From Octopus vulgaris (Eukaryota): a DNA stretch of 64,000 nt. Both the position numbers and the translations under genes were made by a program. Position 1 is the stretch's first letter; each line of letters begins with the position of its first letter. This document shows, piece by piece, positions 12,290-25,262 of this stretch. Below the pieces are notes generated by a model that had not been told where the DNA came from, did no database searches, and saw only the letters and a list, made by a program, of their open reading frames with translations. The stretch is from the NCBI GenBank assembly GCA_951406725.2, contig OX597825.1:7812001-7876000 (forward strand), given 5' to 3'.

Positions 12290-12845
12290 CATTTTAAAAC
12301 AGGATAAAATAACTGTTTATCATATAATAAACCGTTATTTCATATTGTTAAATGAATTTGAAATATAATGAACATTATTCTCTAATACTATTTTATAATA
12401 GTAAAAGGTTTATAGAAATATGGCGACCGTTGTGCAAAAGCCACACTCCGGATTCCATTTCCACGAGCTAATTCCGTATGGTGCTGCCTGATGCCAAATA
12501 TCATCAAATCACTGAGAGCTCCTATAACTAGGTTTCTGAAACAGAGAATATCATTATACGGCGTATTGCAGCTGTTTTTGGCAAGTTCCTAAGTGCGGAA
12601 TTGAAATGATATTTATATAAAAGTTAATATACGACAGCTGTTAATGGACAAAGCAAAATAATTACTCTAGTTTCTGGATATCAAGCATGAGGATTTGAGA
12701 AACTAGTCTTATACAAACATCCCAAACCACAACAACACACACATTACGCGTAAACACAGACACACTCTCACGCACAAACTCATTTTCTTATTTTTCTCTT
12801 TAGTTGTTTGTATGTATGTATGTTTGTATTTATGTATGTGTGTGT

Positions 12846-13004
<159 letters not shown>

Positions 13005-14104
13005 TCGAATGGCACCGCGAGTGTCTCGTTGCTCTCAAGCAACTCTGCCGTCCTGGGTCGACCTTAAGTGACTTCAACACAACCAAAGCATTCTATAGGG
13101 GTTTAGTGGAGGGGAGGTACGACGACGAGCTCGGGGCGAACCTGGACGTCGACGAGGAGTACCTGACCCGCCTGTTCAGGACGACTTTCGGGCCAGGGCC
13201 CATGGACAACTTCCAGAGATCCCTGGCCTGGCAGTGCTACCGAGAAGCGCTACCCGTTCGGGATAAGCTCTACAGACACGGCTCGAGAAACACGGGGCCG
13301 ACCTGCCCGAGATGCGGTCAGAGCGACGAAACCGTTCTGCACGCACTCGTTCAGTGTCCAACAATTTCCGACCTGTGGGCTTATGTCGAACAACTGCTGT
13401 CACGTGTGGGACGAGTCGGTTTATCAGCTGAGTCTATCGTCAATATTGTCACGCCTCCTTCCTTCAAACGGGAAGGAAGAGCTATTTTCATCATCCTTGT
13501 GGCTATGGCGAAAGAATGTATCTGGTGGACGCGTCTGAAAGGATTGGAGACAAACACTTTCCTCTCTGGTCAATCTCTCATCAACTTCTTCAAGTACCAC
13601 TTGAAAAGGAAAGTGAGAGTAGAGAGGCAAGTTTTGTCTAGCGAATGTTTTAAAAAAGATGGGTGAATGTAGCAAGAATGGCACGTATGAATGACGAAGC
13701 CACCTTGAGCATAGTCCTATGAACCCAGAAATCGAAAACAGAGAGTTGCTTATTTGCAAAAAAAAAAAAAAAAAAAAAGAAATATAAAATGTGACTTCAT
13801 TGACCGAGGTTACCGTGGTCTTTTCCGTAGGCTTTTCTTTCCACGGGTAAACCTCACCTGTCCTCCCCTTTACACTTCATATTGACATTTCTGTGATAAC
13901 GATCCCTATTGATCAATTTTTTTTCCTCTCCCCCTTTTTTTTAACCCCCTTTTTTTTGTCCTCTTTCTCTCCTTTTACGATCCCTTTTGATCGAAACTCC
14001 CCCTTCCTTTTTTTTTTTTTTTTTTTTTTAAACCTTCAAAAGAAAAGCTCTACCTTGTAATTTGTTCTATCTGTGTGCAGCCCTGTGTGGCTAATAAAGA
14101 AACA
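13005..14104 (+). mobile_element. 5'-truncated Tx1/L1-clade non-LTR retrotransposon (ORF2 C-terminus with zf-RVT CCHC finger, plus 3' UTR)
   Basis: Open frame LAWQCYREALPVRDKL..CPRCGQSDETVLHALVQCPTISDLW..AKECIWWTR; probable 1-nt slip in the A-run near 13655, after which the frame continues RWVNVARM.. to a stop near 13721; pyrimidine-rich UTR ending aataaagaaaca. Confidence 0.9.
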
Positions 14105-14315
<211 letters not shown>

Positions 14316-14412
14316 GTTATTTCTCACTTTCTCATGTATTTATACATATATACATGCATAAATACATAACATACACACACACATACACACACACGCAACA
14401 CACACACACATA

Positions 14413-14461
<49 letters not shown>

Positions 14462-16085
14462 ACAAATCTGGTTTTCCGTTTCCTATCATTGTAGAGTGCT
14501 TCACTTGCGGGATTCACTATTCCAATTACTATTTTAGCAGTTTCAGTGATTGCTTGGTAGGACCTATCTATTTCGTTGTCCGAAGAGAATGCCTTGTTGT
14601 TATTCTAACCCCGAATAGATTCGATTAAGTAAATCTATGATAAAAAACATACCAGATATGGCCTACCTGTTTTTTATGCCATGAGGAACATAATTTAGTG
14701 TTCTTCCTTGTCTAATGCTGTCGATTACGTGGATTAAGGCAAAATTGATACTTATTTGAAGCTATTTGAGTGACCTCCTTCAAGCTGTAATATATGCCTA
14801 GTGTTATCTGTGAGGGCACACTAAACTGCGTGAGTGTGTGTGTGCTCGCCTATTTGTCTGTCTGTGTGCGTGTCTGAGTATTGTCTTACTGTGTGTATAT
14901 GCTTGTGTATTACTTTTGAGAGATCGGGCTGTTTAATTTGTCATGTATATGTGTGTACATATGTATAATGCATGAGTGTGTATGTATAATATATATATAT
15001 GGTAACTTTGAATACTAACTTTGCATATTAACGTACTAATTGTGTGTGTTTCTGTGAGATTGAGAGTGCATTATTTAACAGGTTTGTATCACCCTGATAC
15101 AGCAAATGGATAACCAAAGACCTCCCAACTGTAGCAGACATAACTATTATTTTTGCATCATGTGTATTACATCTCAAAATTGCACGTACCTTTTCTTATT
15201 ATTCATTATTCCCCAGGTCACTTCTTCTTAGACAAGGGACTTATATTTGCCCAAATTTTCCAAGCCGGACAGAATCAGAGCCTTTTCCTTTCACACATCG
15301 AAAATGTAAGACGACATTGTACACTGTGCCGTCTTCAATGTTAGATGACAACAGATATAATAGTGATATTTGGCGATTATTTCTAGCAAGTCACTGACTG
15401 CTTAAATGTTACAGTATTAATTTTAGCTCAGTCTTAAATTTATTGCTACTTCGACTGTATATTCCTGACACTCGTTAATCTACACACAGATGATGAAATT
15501 CACCACATGGCCAAATTCTGGCCATTGATAAGAATGTATTGTATATAAATTTAGGTTATCATTCGTAATGCAGAATTTTTAAAATAAAATTTATAATTTC
15601 AAAGTCATAGTTGAAGTCTGTTTAAGCAGTTAACTTATGAAACGTTGCTGTATAACATTCTCTTTATATTTTAGTTACAGTCTAAGATCTAGAATAGCGA
15701 TGAGCGGTATCTGCCCTTCGGTTCGTTTGCTTTGCTAAGCTGCAGAGTGATGAATGATCTGTTTGTGAATTGAACTCCTGTTGTTTGTAAGTCAGAGATG
15801 AACTGATAATAGTGGAATGAAACATTTTGTTTTTGGTTTTTCGGAAGTTTTAGATAAGCAAGAAATGGTATATAGATTAAGTTACCGTATTTTCAGGATG
15901 ACTCATGTGTTGAGCTGCAATAACACAAAGAGAATTCACGGAGGGCAAAAACAAACGTAGCCAGAATGAAATGCACGGTTAAAATTCTCTCTCTGTCTCT
16001 CTTTCTCCTTCTTTCTCTCTCATCCTTTTTCTCAAATTATATTGATTTCTCATCGTTTTAAAAGACACACTTTTGTGGGGAGAGG

Positions 16086-16357
16086 TACCTATTTCTTTAC
16101 TACTCACAAGGGGCTAAACACAGAGGGGACAAACAAGGACAGACAAACGGATTAAGTCGATTACATCGACCCCAGTGCGTAACTGGTACTTAATTTATCG
16201 ACCCCGAAAGGATGAAAGGCAAAGTCGACCTCGGCGGAATTTGAACTCAGAACGTAATGGTAGACGAAATACGGCTACGCATTTCGCCCGGCGTGCTAAC
16301 GATTCTGCCAGCTCGCCGCCATCCGCCCGGCGTGCTAGCGATTCTGCCAGCTCTCCG
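16086..16357 (-). mobile_element. SINE family B (tail type 1) with a duplicated 5' ~35 bp
   Basis: Full body; cgcccggcgtgcta.cgattctgccagctc occurs twice; gagaggtacc lies on both sides. Confidence 0.88.
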
Positions 16358-17544
16358 TCATCAAGGAGAGAGGTACCGGTTACTGAATAGATAACAGTAG
16401 ATAATTCCTGCTATTGTTATCAATCTGACAAGATACAGCGCTAAGTCTACTCAGTTATGATAGGAATGCTAAAACGTACCCAGCTAGAAAGAAGAAAATA
16501 AAATGCTGTTGGCCATAAAGTTTAAGCATTATACAAGGACAGAACATATTTGTAATCACTTTGTTAGCATCTCAGGATGAATAAGTGTTTTGCTTTAGAC
16601 TTTGAACTCATTATTGTGTCGTCATGTCAAAGGACGCCTCTTGGATATATTTTAGATCTGTCGGTGCAGTCTGACAACTGTAGATTTCGTCCAGAGATAG
16701 AGAGAAAATGAAAGAATGAGAAGTCGACAAGAATCAACTTCAGTACAGTTTCCTTGCATTCCCGAAAAATTAAAAACCAGAAGTGACCTAAATTGGATTT
16801 GTACTCGGAGCACAGAGGGTTTAAATGATTGCCACAAAGCAACCACTCTACCAGTTGGCTGCTTTCTTTCTATAAATATTTTTCAGAAAAAAAGAATTCA
16901 TTTATCAAGTCCAACATATTATTGCCTTAGTAAAAACAACAGAGAATATAGATAAGTCCAGTTCATGGCAAATTTGGCTCGGACTGGCAGGGAATTTTTT
17001 CCCCACAAGAATGGTTAAAAATATTACCATTAATAGTTGAATCAACAAAGCACGGGCAGTAAAGAATTCGAATATGGTTAGTCAAAGAAAACAAACAATA
17101 TTGACATCAAATTTCAAACTTTCCTTATAATTATTCACAATTGATTCTTGTTACAAATTCCCCAGACGAGATGAAATTGCCAACATAACTCTTAAATGTA
17201 GGAATGACATTATAAATTTGAATACAGAGGAGTATATTTTCAATGAGACACATTGAAACTGTTACCTACAGACAACATCAGGGTAAGGTTTGTCAGAACA
17301 AGTAATATTTATGTCCAATGAATATTCAGTTTCTATTCGTCCAGTCCTATTTATTGAAATGCCATGACAGGCAAAGGTAGAAATATCAAACAGATAAGAA
17401 AGAAAAAAATTCAGCAACGAATTATTTTCTTTCATTGGCACAAATATTGTAATTCATAAGAAATACTATTCTATAGTTAAGAGATGAGGAATTATGTACA
17501 TTATTTACAATTGACACATATATGTCCCCATCTTGCTTGTTGTT

Positions 17545-17588
17545 AACACAACGTTTCGGCTGATACCCTCCAGCCTTCATCAGGTGTC
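17545..17588 (-). ncRNA. Minimal type I hammerhead ribozyme
   Basis: gacac-CTGATGA-aggctg..cagcc-GAA-ACGT-T-gtgtt; a palindromic ACGU replaces stem III, as in minimal PLE hammerheads. Confidence 0.75.
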
Positions 17589-17659
17589 TTGGGGAAACTT
17601 CGAACCTGGGTTCTCATTCCTAAGGTATTTTTCGATGTTATTATTATTACTATTATTCA

Positions 17660-17732
17660 GGTTACTGCCTGGGATCCAACTTGGAATCTTGGGGTTAGTA
17701 GCCCACGCTCTTAACCACTACGCCATATACCC
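17660..17732 (-). promoter_or_regulatory. tRNA-like cassette with Pol III A-box and B-box inside the PLE 3' UTR
   Basis: tggcgtagtggttaag (A-box), anticodon-loop-like ctactaa, B-box gagttcgattcc (best preserved in the 59432-59486 copy). Confidence 0.7.
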
Positions 17733-17795
17733 GTGGGCAATTATGGAGTGAATTTTATGGCTTATAAATTTAATATATTCTCCTATATTCCCCGA

Positions 17796-17841
17796 GACAC
17801 CTGATGAAGGCTGGAGGGCATATCAGCCGAAATGTTGTCTT
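17796..17841 (+). ncRNA. Inverted second hammerhead copy (ACGT mutated to ATGT)
   Basis: gacac-CTGATGA-aggctg..cagcc-GAAATGTT-gtctt. Confidence 0.62.
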
Positions 17842-20089
17842 AACAACAAACAACATGAGGACAAATACCCGTCAAATGTAAATAATGTTCATAAGAAATA
17901 GTTGACAATATTAGCGATATTAAATGAAGTGAAATGCACATATCTTGACTAAAGATTGTTTATAATGTTCCACCATAAGAAGGAACAAATCGTAGAGGCA
18001 CACGATGCAAGGCATTCTATAAAATAAACCGTTTATTTTTCTCCATGAATGATGTATAGCAGACGAAATTTAAATGTAATTTGGCTGCTATTTCTATCAG
18101 AACCAGTGGTTGTGAAGAGTCCCCAGTTTTCGTCCTTATTCAGTAATCGTTTTTACCCTAGACAGAAGGCTTGAAATGTATGTGGGGCTAATTGTTTATA
18201 GGGATCGCCAAATTTCTATAATTGACCCCAAAAAGGAAAGGTAAGGGTTTATACGAATGGTATTCTAATCAAGAACAAATAAGGTAAGTTTTCTCCTCCA
18301 CCTATTTTTGCTTCAAATGATAATTTGTTTTTTTCTTTTTGCATTGGCTCAGCATCACAGATCTAATGGTGATGTTGTTTGAATGTATGCCGCAGCGTAA
18401 GATCGGTACAGATTTTATAGACACACCAGAAATGAAGGGTAAATTTATTTTTTCCCACGTCCTAATTATTCTGCCATTTATCATAGAATGAAATAATATC
18501 AAGCTATTACTTGCTAAGATAAAAGCTCCAAGCTTATAAGAATTTTATGTTGTGATTTTATGGTCTTTCTGAAATCAATATCTATCAACTGCCTGGCAAG
18601 AAGAACTTGAGAATAAAACTCAGCCAATTTCCTTCAAATTACACCTTGCTTTCTTTAGAAATAGAAATACGCTGGATGATGTAGTCGCAGACAGCTTTAA
18701 AAATAACGACGAGATCGGTACGGCTGGATTGGCTTTGAACATAGGTTTGGTCAATCAGAGATGATCTAAGCAACAATAACAACAATATCAACTACGTCTA
18801 TAACAACAACAACAATAGTAACAACTTACAAATATTTAACGTGTTATACTCGGAGTATAATAACACCATTAACGAACGAAAGATTGGGCCTTATACAATA
18901 ACTGGTAAATCTTTTCCCCAAAGTAACAATCTGCGTTTCAAAGAGGTTCCCTTGATAATTCTATCGGGGGTCATAATATTTTGAAGCATAGAACAGGAGA
19001 ATCAGTGTGCGATTGTGTTTCGACATAAGTGTGTTCGACCAGAACTAACCTGGATGATAAAACGCTATCACAAGTTCAACCCTGCACTCTGAGTAAAAGA
19101 GCAAAAATTCTCCAATAAATCTGTTTCCTAAAGCTATCGACTATCTTAATTATCGTAAAACTGCTTGATTGTTCTGAAGGGTTCCATTGTGTAATTTCAC
19201 AGGAATTTATATTTATTTATTTATTATCATTATTATTATTCCTTTTTTTTTGCATGACGAAAATTTACCCAGTAAATTTTTAAAATCTCAAATGGTTAAT
19301 ATAATTATTTGGCAAAAAATGCTGATGTTTTCCTCTTCTGTTGATTATTTGAATATCTCCATGCATTTATTTCTTTATTTAATCGCGAGTTTTTGTTAGC
19401 GGGATTTTAACAAGAAATACGGGAAAAAATAGAAAAAAAAATGTTTGCTAATTGTTTTTCTCTGTCTGCGACTAAAACATCACAGATGCACTGCTCTGTC
19501 AGCAGCAATGAATGAAAACATGTTCCCACAAAATAGCCTTACTTGTGCATCTCCTGCTCGTTTAATTAATTTTAAATAATTCAAACAGAGTTTTAGAAGA
19601 AAATAGAGAGTGTGTGTGAGAGAGAGAGGCTTTGCTTTAACAGCAATGATAGAGTTATGAGATGAAAGCCGTTCATTTCGAGGTGAGTCGCTTGAGCTCG
19701 CGACGAAATTTTGCACGTTTTTTTTTTATGTTTCTTTACTGCTACAATTTGAAAAATCTCTGCATATCGATTTTGCTTTTTATCCTCCTGATGTGTATAA
19801 AACAAAATACCAGTCAAATTCTAGGATCGCTAGAATGGATAAAACCCTTCTCCAAGATATATAATTTTTTGCTTAAGGAAGAACTTATAATTAATACAGG
19901 GATACCGAGATATACACATGCACGCGCTCGTATATTGCATCGAAGCGGCACAAAAGGACAGAACAACAACTACAAACGAAAAAAAAAAATGGTTTTTCAT
20001 GTTGAAATAAATTACATGAGCCTTGATGTCGTAGAATGACGTTGAATGGCCAAATAAGACACATAGAATTAAATATTGATTTCAAACTT

Positions 20090-20528
20090 TGGCACAAGGC
20101 CAGCGATTTCTGAAGATGGGTAAATGGATTACATCGATCCCGGTGTTCAACTGGTAATTATTTTATCGATCACAAGTAAAGATGAAACGCTAAGTTGACC
20201 TCGAAGGGATTTGAACTTAGAACGTGATGACGGGCGAAATACCAATTTTTTACTCCCCACAAGGGGCTAAACACAGAGAGGACAAACAAGGACAGACACA
20301 CGGATTAAATCGATTATATCGACTCCGGTGCGTAACTGGTACTTATTTAATCGACCCCGAAAGGATGAAAGGCAACGTTGACCTCGGCGAAATTTGAACT
20401 CAGAACGTAGCGGCAGACGAAATACCATTAAGCATTTCGCCAGGCGTGCTAACGTTTCTGCAGCTCGACGGGCGAAATGCCGCTAAGCGTTTCACCTGGC
20501 GTGATAAGGATTCCGCCAGCTCGCCGTT
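20090..20528 (-). mobile_element. Nested SINE B: tail-type-1 copy inserted into a tail-type-2 copy
   Basis: gacgggcgaaat is duplicated at 20229-20240 and 20467-20478 around the inner copy. Confidence 0.82.
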
Positions 20529-20674
20529 TTGAAAGGACGAAAATATAATTAGATGCTATTTAAGGAATTTACGTTCTTGGTTCGAATCCTACTGTGGTGT
20601 TGAGATCCACTCCTCTGTATCTTCCCATTCAGTATTTGCGACATTGAGCTCATGTGAATCATTGTTATATCTCA

Positions 20675-21183
20675 ACATTATTTACATTTGATGGATATTT
20701 ATCCTCATCTTATTTGTTGTTAACACAAATTTTCAACTGATATACCCTCCAGCCTTCATCAGGTGTCTTGGGGGGAAATTTCGAACCTGGGTTCTCGTTC
20801 CTAAGGTATTTTTCGATGTCATTATTATTATCATCATTATTATTATTCAGGTTACTGCCTGGGATCGAAATTTTGGGGTTAGTAGCCAGTGCTCTTATCC
20901 ACCACGCCATATGCCCGTAGGGAATTATGGAGTGAATTTTTAGGGCTTATAAATCTAATATTTTCCTATCCTTCCTTAATACCGGTTCCCATATGCCATT
21001 CATATTTGCACTCAGTCTGCTTCGGGGTTTGTTGTGTCCTAGCATATGTGCTGCCTCTTTTAATTTTCGTATTCTTCCAGTGGTTTCTCTCTCTATTATT
21101 TTAACTTAATCCCACATGGGGAGGTGGTCTCCATTTTTCCATACATGATAAGCTATACTCGATTTATCAATATCTCTTCGTGT
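20675..21183 (-). mobile_element. Penelope-like element 3' end (longest copy): GIY-YIG C-terminus, tRNA-like cassette, (TAA)n, decayed hammerhead
   Basis: Colinear with 17478-17785 and continues into coding sequence at 20947-21183. Confidence 0.85.
20947..21183 (-). pseudogene. C-terminus of a Penelope-type GIY-YIG endonuclease (one internal stop)
   Basis: Hand translation: TRRDIDKSSIAYHVWKNGDHLPMWD*VKIIERETTGRIRKLKEAAHMLGHNKPRSRLSANMNGIWEPVLRKDRKILDL*, matching the PLE pattern S.IA.H.W...H...WD.VKII..E....RK.KEA.H. Confidence 0.8.
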
Positions 21184-21296
21184 ATAGAACTATTGTTATT
21201 GAATTATTGTTATTTTCGTTATTGTTAAATGTAGAGGCTTTCTTACTCAGTTTTGGCCACCAAAGATACATTCCACATCTATGAATAAGATATGCA

Positions 21297-21597
21297 AAGG
21301 TGCGTGGCCCAGTGGTTAGACGTGTGGCACTCACGGTCGCTAGATCGTGGGTTCGATTTCTGAACCGAGTGTCGCGTTGTGTTGTTGAGCAAGATATTTC
21401 ATTTCGCCAGCCTCCAGTCCATTCTGGTGTAAATAGGTAAACCTGCGACGGATTCGATTTCCGAAGAGGGGTAATATTAGCTTGCTCGCCTAGCAAGCGG
21501 GGTGGCATCATTCAGAATCTAAATCGATGCAAAGCGCATTGTGACCAGCGATATATAACATCATCCGCTGGTCTGCTCGATTACGTGATCACGTGAT
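21297..21597 (+). mobile_element. SINE group C head plus CORE-like domain with tail type 3
   Basis: tggcccagtggttag, gggttcgattt, tgtgttgttgagcaagatatttcatttc, then ctcgcctagcaagcggggtggcatc...cgtgatcacgtgat. Confidence 0.75.
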
Positions 21598-21949
21598 CGC
21601 TAATCAACGTAAGTGAACCACTGTTAGGGCTCTGTAAAGATTTTGCAGATGTGTGTAATAATACACATTATTGGTAAATATTTAAGGAACCGGTAAAAAA
21701 AAAATGAAGACAGATGTGTAGGCTAATGAATGCACGATTTTGCGGATGTGTGAGGAGAAGGAAGAAGACAGCGAAATACCAAGCCCGAGAGTTCGATTCT
21801 CGGTCGAAGCAAATGCATTAATTCATTTACATAATTCATATATTTGAACAATGAATAAATATCATAAACACTCATCTCCACATCTTGAAGCTGAGGCCTT
21901 CTGTCGACATAGCAACATCAAATTTAGCTAATTTCATTAGTTCCTTGCA

Positions 21950-22500
21950 CCATCATAATCACCATCGTCTTCTTCTCCTTCTTCTTCTTCTTCTTCTTCT
22001 TCTTCTTCTTCTTCTTCTTCTTCTTCTTCTTCTTCTTCTTCTTCTTCTTCTTCTTCTTCTTCTTCTTCTTCTTCGTCGTCGTCGTCGTCGTCATCATCAT
22101 CATCTTCTTCATCTTCTTTTTCTTCTTCTTTTTCTTCTTCTTCTTCTTCCTTTTCTTCTTCTTCTTTTTTTCATCTTCCGCTTCCTCTTCATACTCCTCC
22201 TCCTCCTCCTCCTCCTCATCATCATCTTCTTCATCTTCTTCATCTTCTTCATCTTCTTCTTTTTCTTCTTCTTCTTCCTTTTCTTCTTCTTCTTCTTTTT
22301 CATCTTCCGCTTCCTCTTCATCCTCCTCCTCCTCCTCCTCCTCATCATCATCATCTTCTTCTTCTTCTTCTTCTAACCAAGCACTTCTTTCACTTGCTTT
22401 CCTTTCATCAACCTCTTCTCGCTTCCTACTATCCGCTTCCCATCCCCATCCCCCCTTCCTCCTCCTCCTCCTCTTCCCCTCCTTTCCTCCGCCTCCTCAA
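21950..22500. repeat. Compound (CTT)n/(CAT)n/(CCT)n trinucleotide tract with an internal duplication
   Basis: tttcatcttccgcttcctcttcat occurs near 22169 and 22298. Confidence 0.92.
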
Positions 22501-22979
22501 CATTATCGTTCGCATCAAAATGGACGGCTCTTCTCAACACAGCCTTTTTTGTTTACAGTGGAACCATGGAGAAGTAGTCTGACGTTGGCTCAACAGATAA
22601 AATGCAGCTGCGATGTCAGATGATGCAAGATAAAGTTAGAATTGACGGCAAACTGACAGATATAGATTCTACGCGGTGGGCGAACAGATTTCGTGGTTTT
22701 GTGGTTCCAACAGATTTGTAGGGTTTGGCCAGCGCCTCTTCACGTTTTTATATCAAGCAGACAACTGACAATATGATAACGTCACTTTAGATTGAAAGGA
22801 AAATTCTGGGTTATGTACGTGTATTTATAGGCATACAGGAATATTCTTGCATTTGAATGGAGGTTATATGTATGCATGTGTGATTGGGTGTGCGTATACA
22901 CATGTGTATGGACACACACATAAGATTATGTCATTTATGATATAAAAATCTAACGGGTGTTTTATTTTGTTCCTATACA

Positions 22980-23370
22980 TATGTGTGAGTGAGCATACAT
23001 ATATATGTATATATATGTGTGTGTGTGTGTATGTATATGTATGTATATGTATGTGTATGTGTATATGTGTATATGTATGTATATGTGTACTTGTATGTAT
23101 ACGTATGTGTATGTGTGTATGTATGTATATATTTATATATTTATATAAATATGTATATATATGTATATATGTACATATATATATGTACATATATATGTGT
23201 GTGTGTGTGTGTGCAGGCATGTATATATATATATATGTATATGTATATAGATATATGAATTTATACATATATATGTATGTAATATATATGTATTTGTGTA
23301 TATATATGCATATATATATATTCTGTATATATCCATATATATGTATGTATCTATCTATCTATCACTATCT
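22980..23370. repeat. Degenerate (TA)/(TG)/(TATG) microsatellite
   Basis: Direct reading. Confidence 0.9.
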
Positions 23371-24267
23371 TTATGAATGAATGAATATATGGTTACATAT
23401 GCCTATGTGCCCTTTGTGTATTAAATTTTACGGACCTTATCGTAAATAACAAACTGAACCCTAATACATAGGATGGGGCGAGGGCATCACACGCGTTTGT
23501 GAGCAAAGACACATATGAATATCATATCTTATCATATCATGTCACACACCAACACGAAAGAACACATACACACACATCTCGTTTATTACATTAATGTATT
23601 TCGATATCTTACCAGTTAGATTCATGCTTCTGTTTCTCAGATCTCATTTTTCATAGTCAAGAATATAGACTTTACAATATATCTGGATATTCTCATCATA
23701 AAAAAGCGAATACTGTCGAGAAAAATCTAGATCATAGCATTTCCGATACCGAATATATTTTTAATGCTATATCAAGAGTGAAAAGCGAAGCTCACCTTTT
23801 ACCAAGTCCTTGTAGACTCCTTCGAAAAAATACCTGACCTGAGCACTTGCGACTAGGTAGACTGCAGTCAAGGCATCTATTGACCAGAAGGTGATGGTGA
23901 TTCAGTATATTTCTGAAATCTGCAACAAGTATTAAATCATAAATCTGTAATAAGTATTACGCCATAAATCTGTAACAAGTGTTAAGTGGTAAGGACATAA
24001 ATATTTTATTTTTACAACGATGGTTTACTGGGTTTAATATTTACGCACCATTCTACCGTTTAAAATTAAACGGACACGATATACACGAGTGATAGCACCG
24101 CTGTCTTTGCTACTGATTAACGAGTAAATAATTGTAGGGTTGGTTGTGTGTGCCTATAAATCTTCTATTGAGCTGGAGTTGTTTCTGTGCTCATTATATA
24201 AAATACTAACGTTCTACTGTCTCCAATTAGAATTCTTAGTCAAATATTTACTAATTATTGATTTCAT

Positions 24268-24475
24268 ATTTCGGCATAAAGCCAGTAATTTCGGAGAAAG
24301 AGATTCAGTCGATTACATCGACCCCAGTATTCAATTGGCTCTTATTTTATCGAACCCAATAGGATGAAAGGCAAAGTCTTTCTCAGTGGAATTTGAACGC
24401 AAAACGTAAAGAAGGACAAAATGCCGTTTAGCATTTTGCCCGGCGTGCTTACGATTCTGCAAAGTTCGTCGGCTT
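24268..24475 (-). mobile_element. SINE family B (tail type 2), diverged
   Basis: gtcgattacatcgaccccagt..ggatgaaaggcaaagtc..ggaatttgaac..gcccggcgtgc. Confidence 0.8.
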
Positions 24476-24714
24476 AAAATATTTAATGCGTGTTGACCAC
24501 AAGAAGTGATAGCTTTACTTTAGCAATTAATGAAAACCGCATCCTTTGGTAGAGTAAATCTGAATTCCTTCATGTGTGTGGAACAGAATTCAGAATAACA
24601 ATTACTGTTTATATTTTGTACTGTCGTTACTGTCCTGTTTTTGTTACCATTTTTACCCCTCCGCAAAAAGATTTCAAATTTTTTATTTAATTTGCTTTTC
24701 GCGGGAAGGAAAGT

Positions 24715-24980
24715 TTCAATCGAAGATGCATCTCGCCTTCACCTTCGAAACTCAGAGTAGATGAAACCATGGCGAGTGAAGAAGGGAAATTTTCCTTATG
24801 TTATTTGTCCTGTACTCTATTTTTTCGTTGTTTAAGAAAAATGTCCAGTTCCTTGGTTTTGTGTTTATGTTTTCGTTTCTCATTGTGTTTGACGTTTTTT
24901 TGGTGTCCTGTACCCATTTATGCATGTATATATACACCTAGAGGTAGGTATGTACATATATGTATGTATATATGCATATG
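24715..24980 (+). repeat. Second copy of the unclassified repeat at 1350-1590
   Basis: Same shared blocks as listed for 1350-1590. Confidence 0.65.
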
Positions 24981-25004
24981 TTTTATTTTATTTATTAATT
25001 AATT

Positions 25005-25048
<44 letters not shown>

Positions 25049-25063
25049 CGTGTGTGTGTGTGT

Positions 25064-25262
25064 GTGTTTGTCCACCCGCTTCGCAACGGATGTTGGTGTG
25101 TTTACATCCCTGTAATGTAGCGGTTCGGCAAAATATTGTGATGCAATAGGTATCTGGCTGAACAAGTAATAGAAAAAGTCGACTCAGTCGACTAAAGGGT
25201 TTTCAGGACGTTGCTCTAGCCTGGCCGCAATCTAACCACTGAAAGAAGTAACAAATAAAGGA
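25064..25262 (+). mobile_element. SINE family A, 3' half, old
   Basis: gttggtgtgtttacatccctgtaatgtagcggttcggcaaaa..ctctagcctggccgca. Confidence 0.7.

Larger units (their letters stand above)
17478..17893 (-). mobile_element. Penelope-like element 3' end with inverted pseudo-LTR, tRNA-like cassette and two hammerhead motifs
   Basis: ~105-bp inverted arms (about 17492-17596 and 17788-17893); interior homologous to 20675-20970, which is joined to a GIY-YIG C-terminus. Confidence 0.82.

Noticed and set aside
16175-16390. Recurring peptide RNWYLIYRPRKDERQSRPRRNLN in several ORFs
   Set aside because: It is the antisense translation of SINE family B, not a protein family.
17660-17732. Functional tRNA gene
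   Set aside because: Acceptor, anticodon and T stems pair poorly and copies diverge freely; treated as tRNA-derived only.
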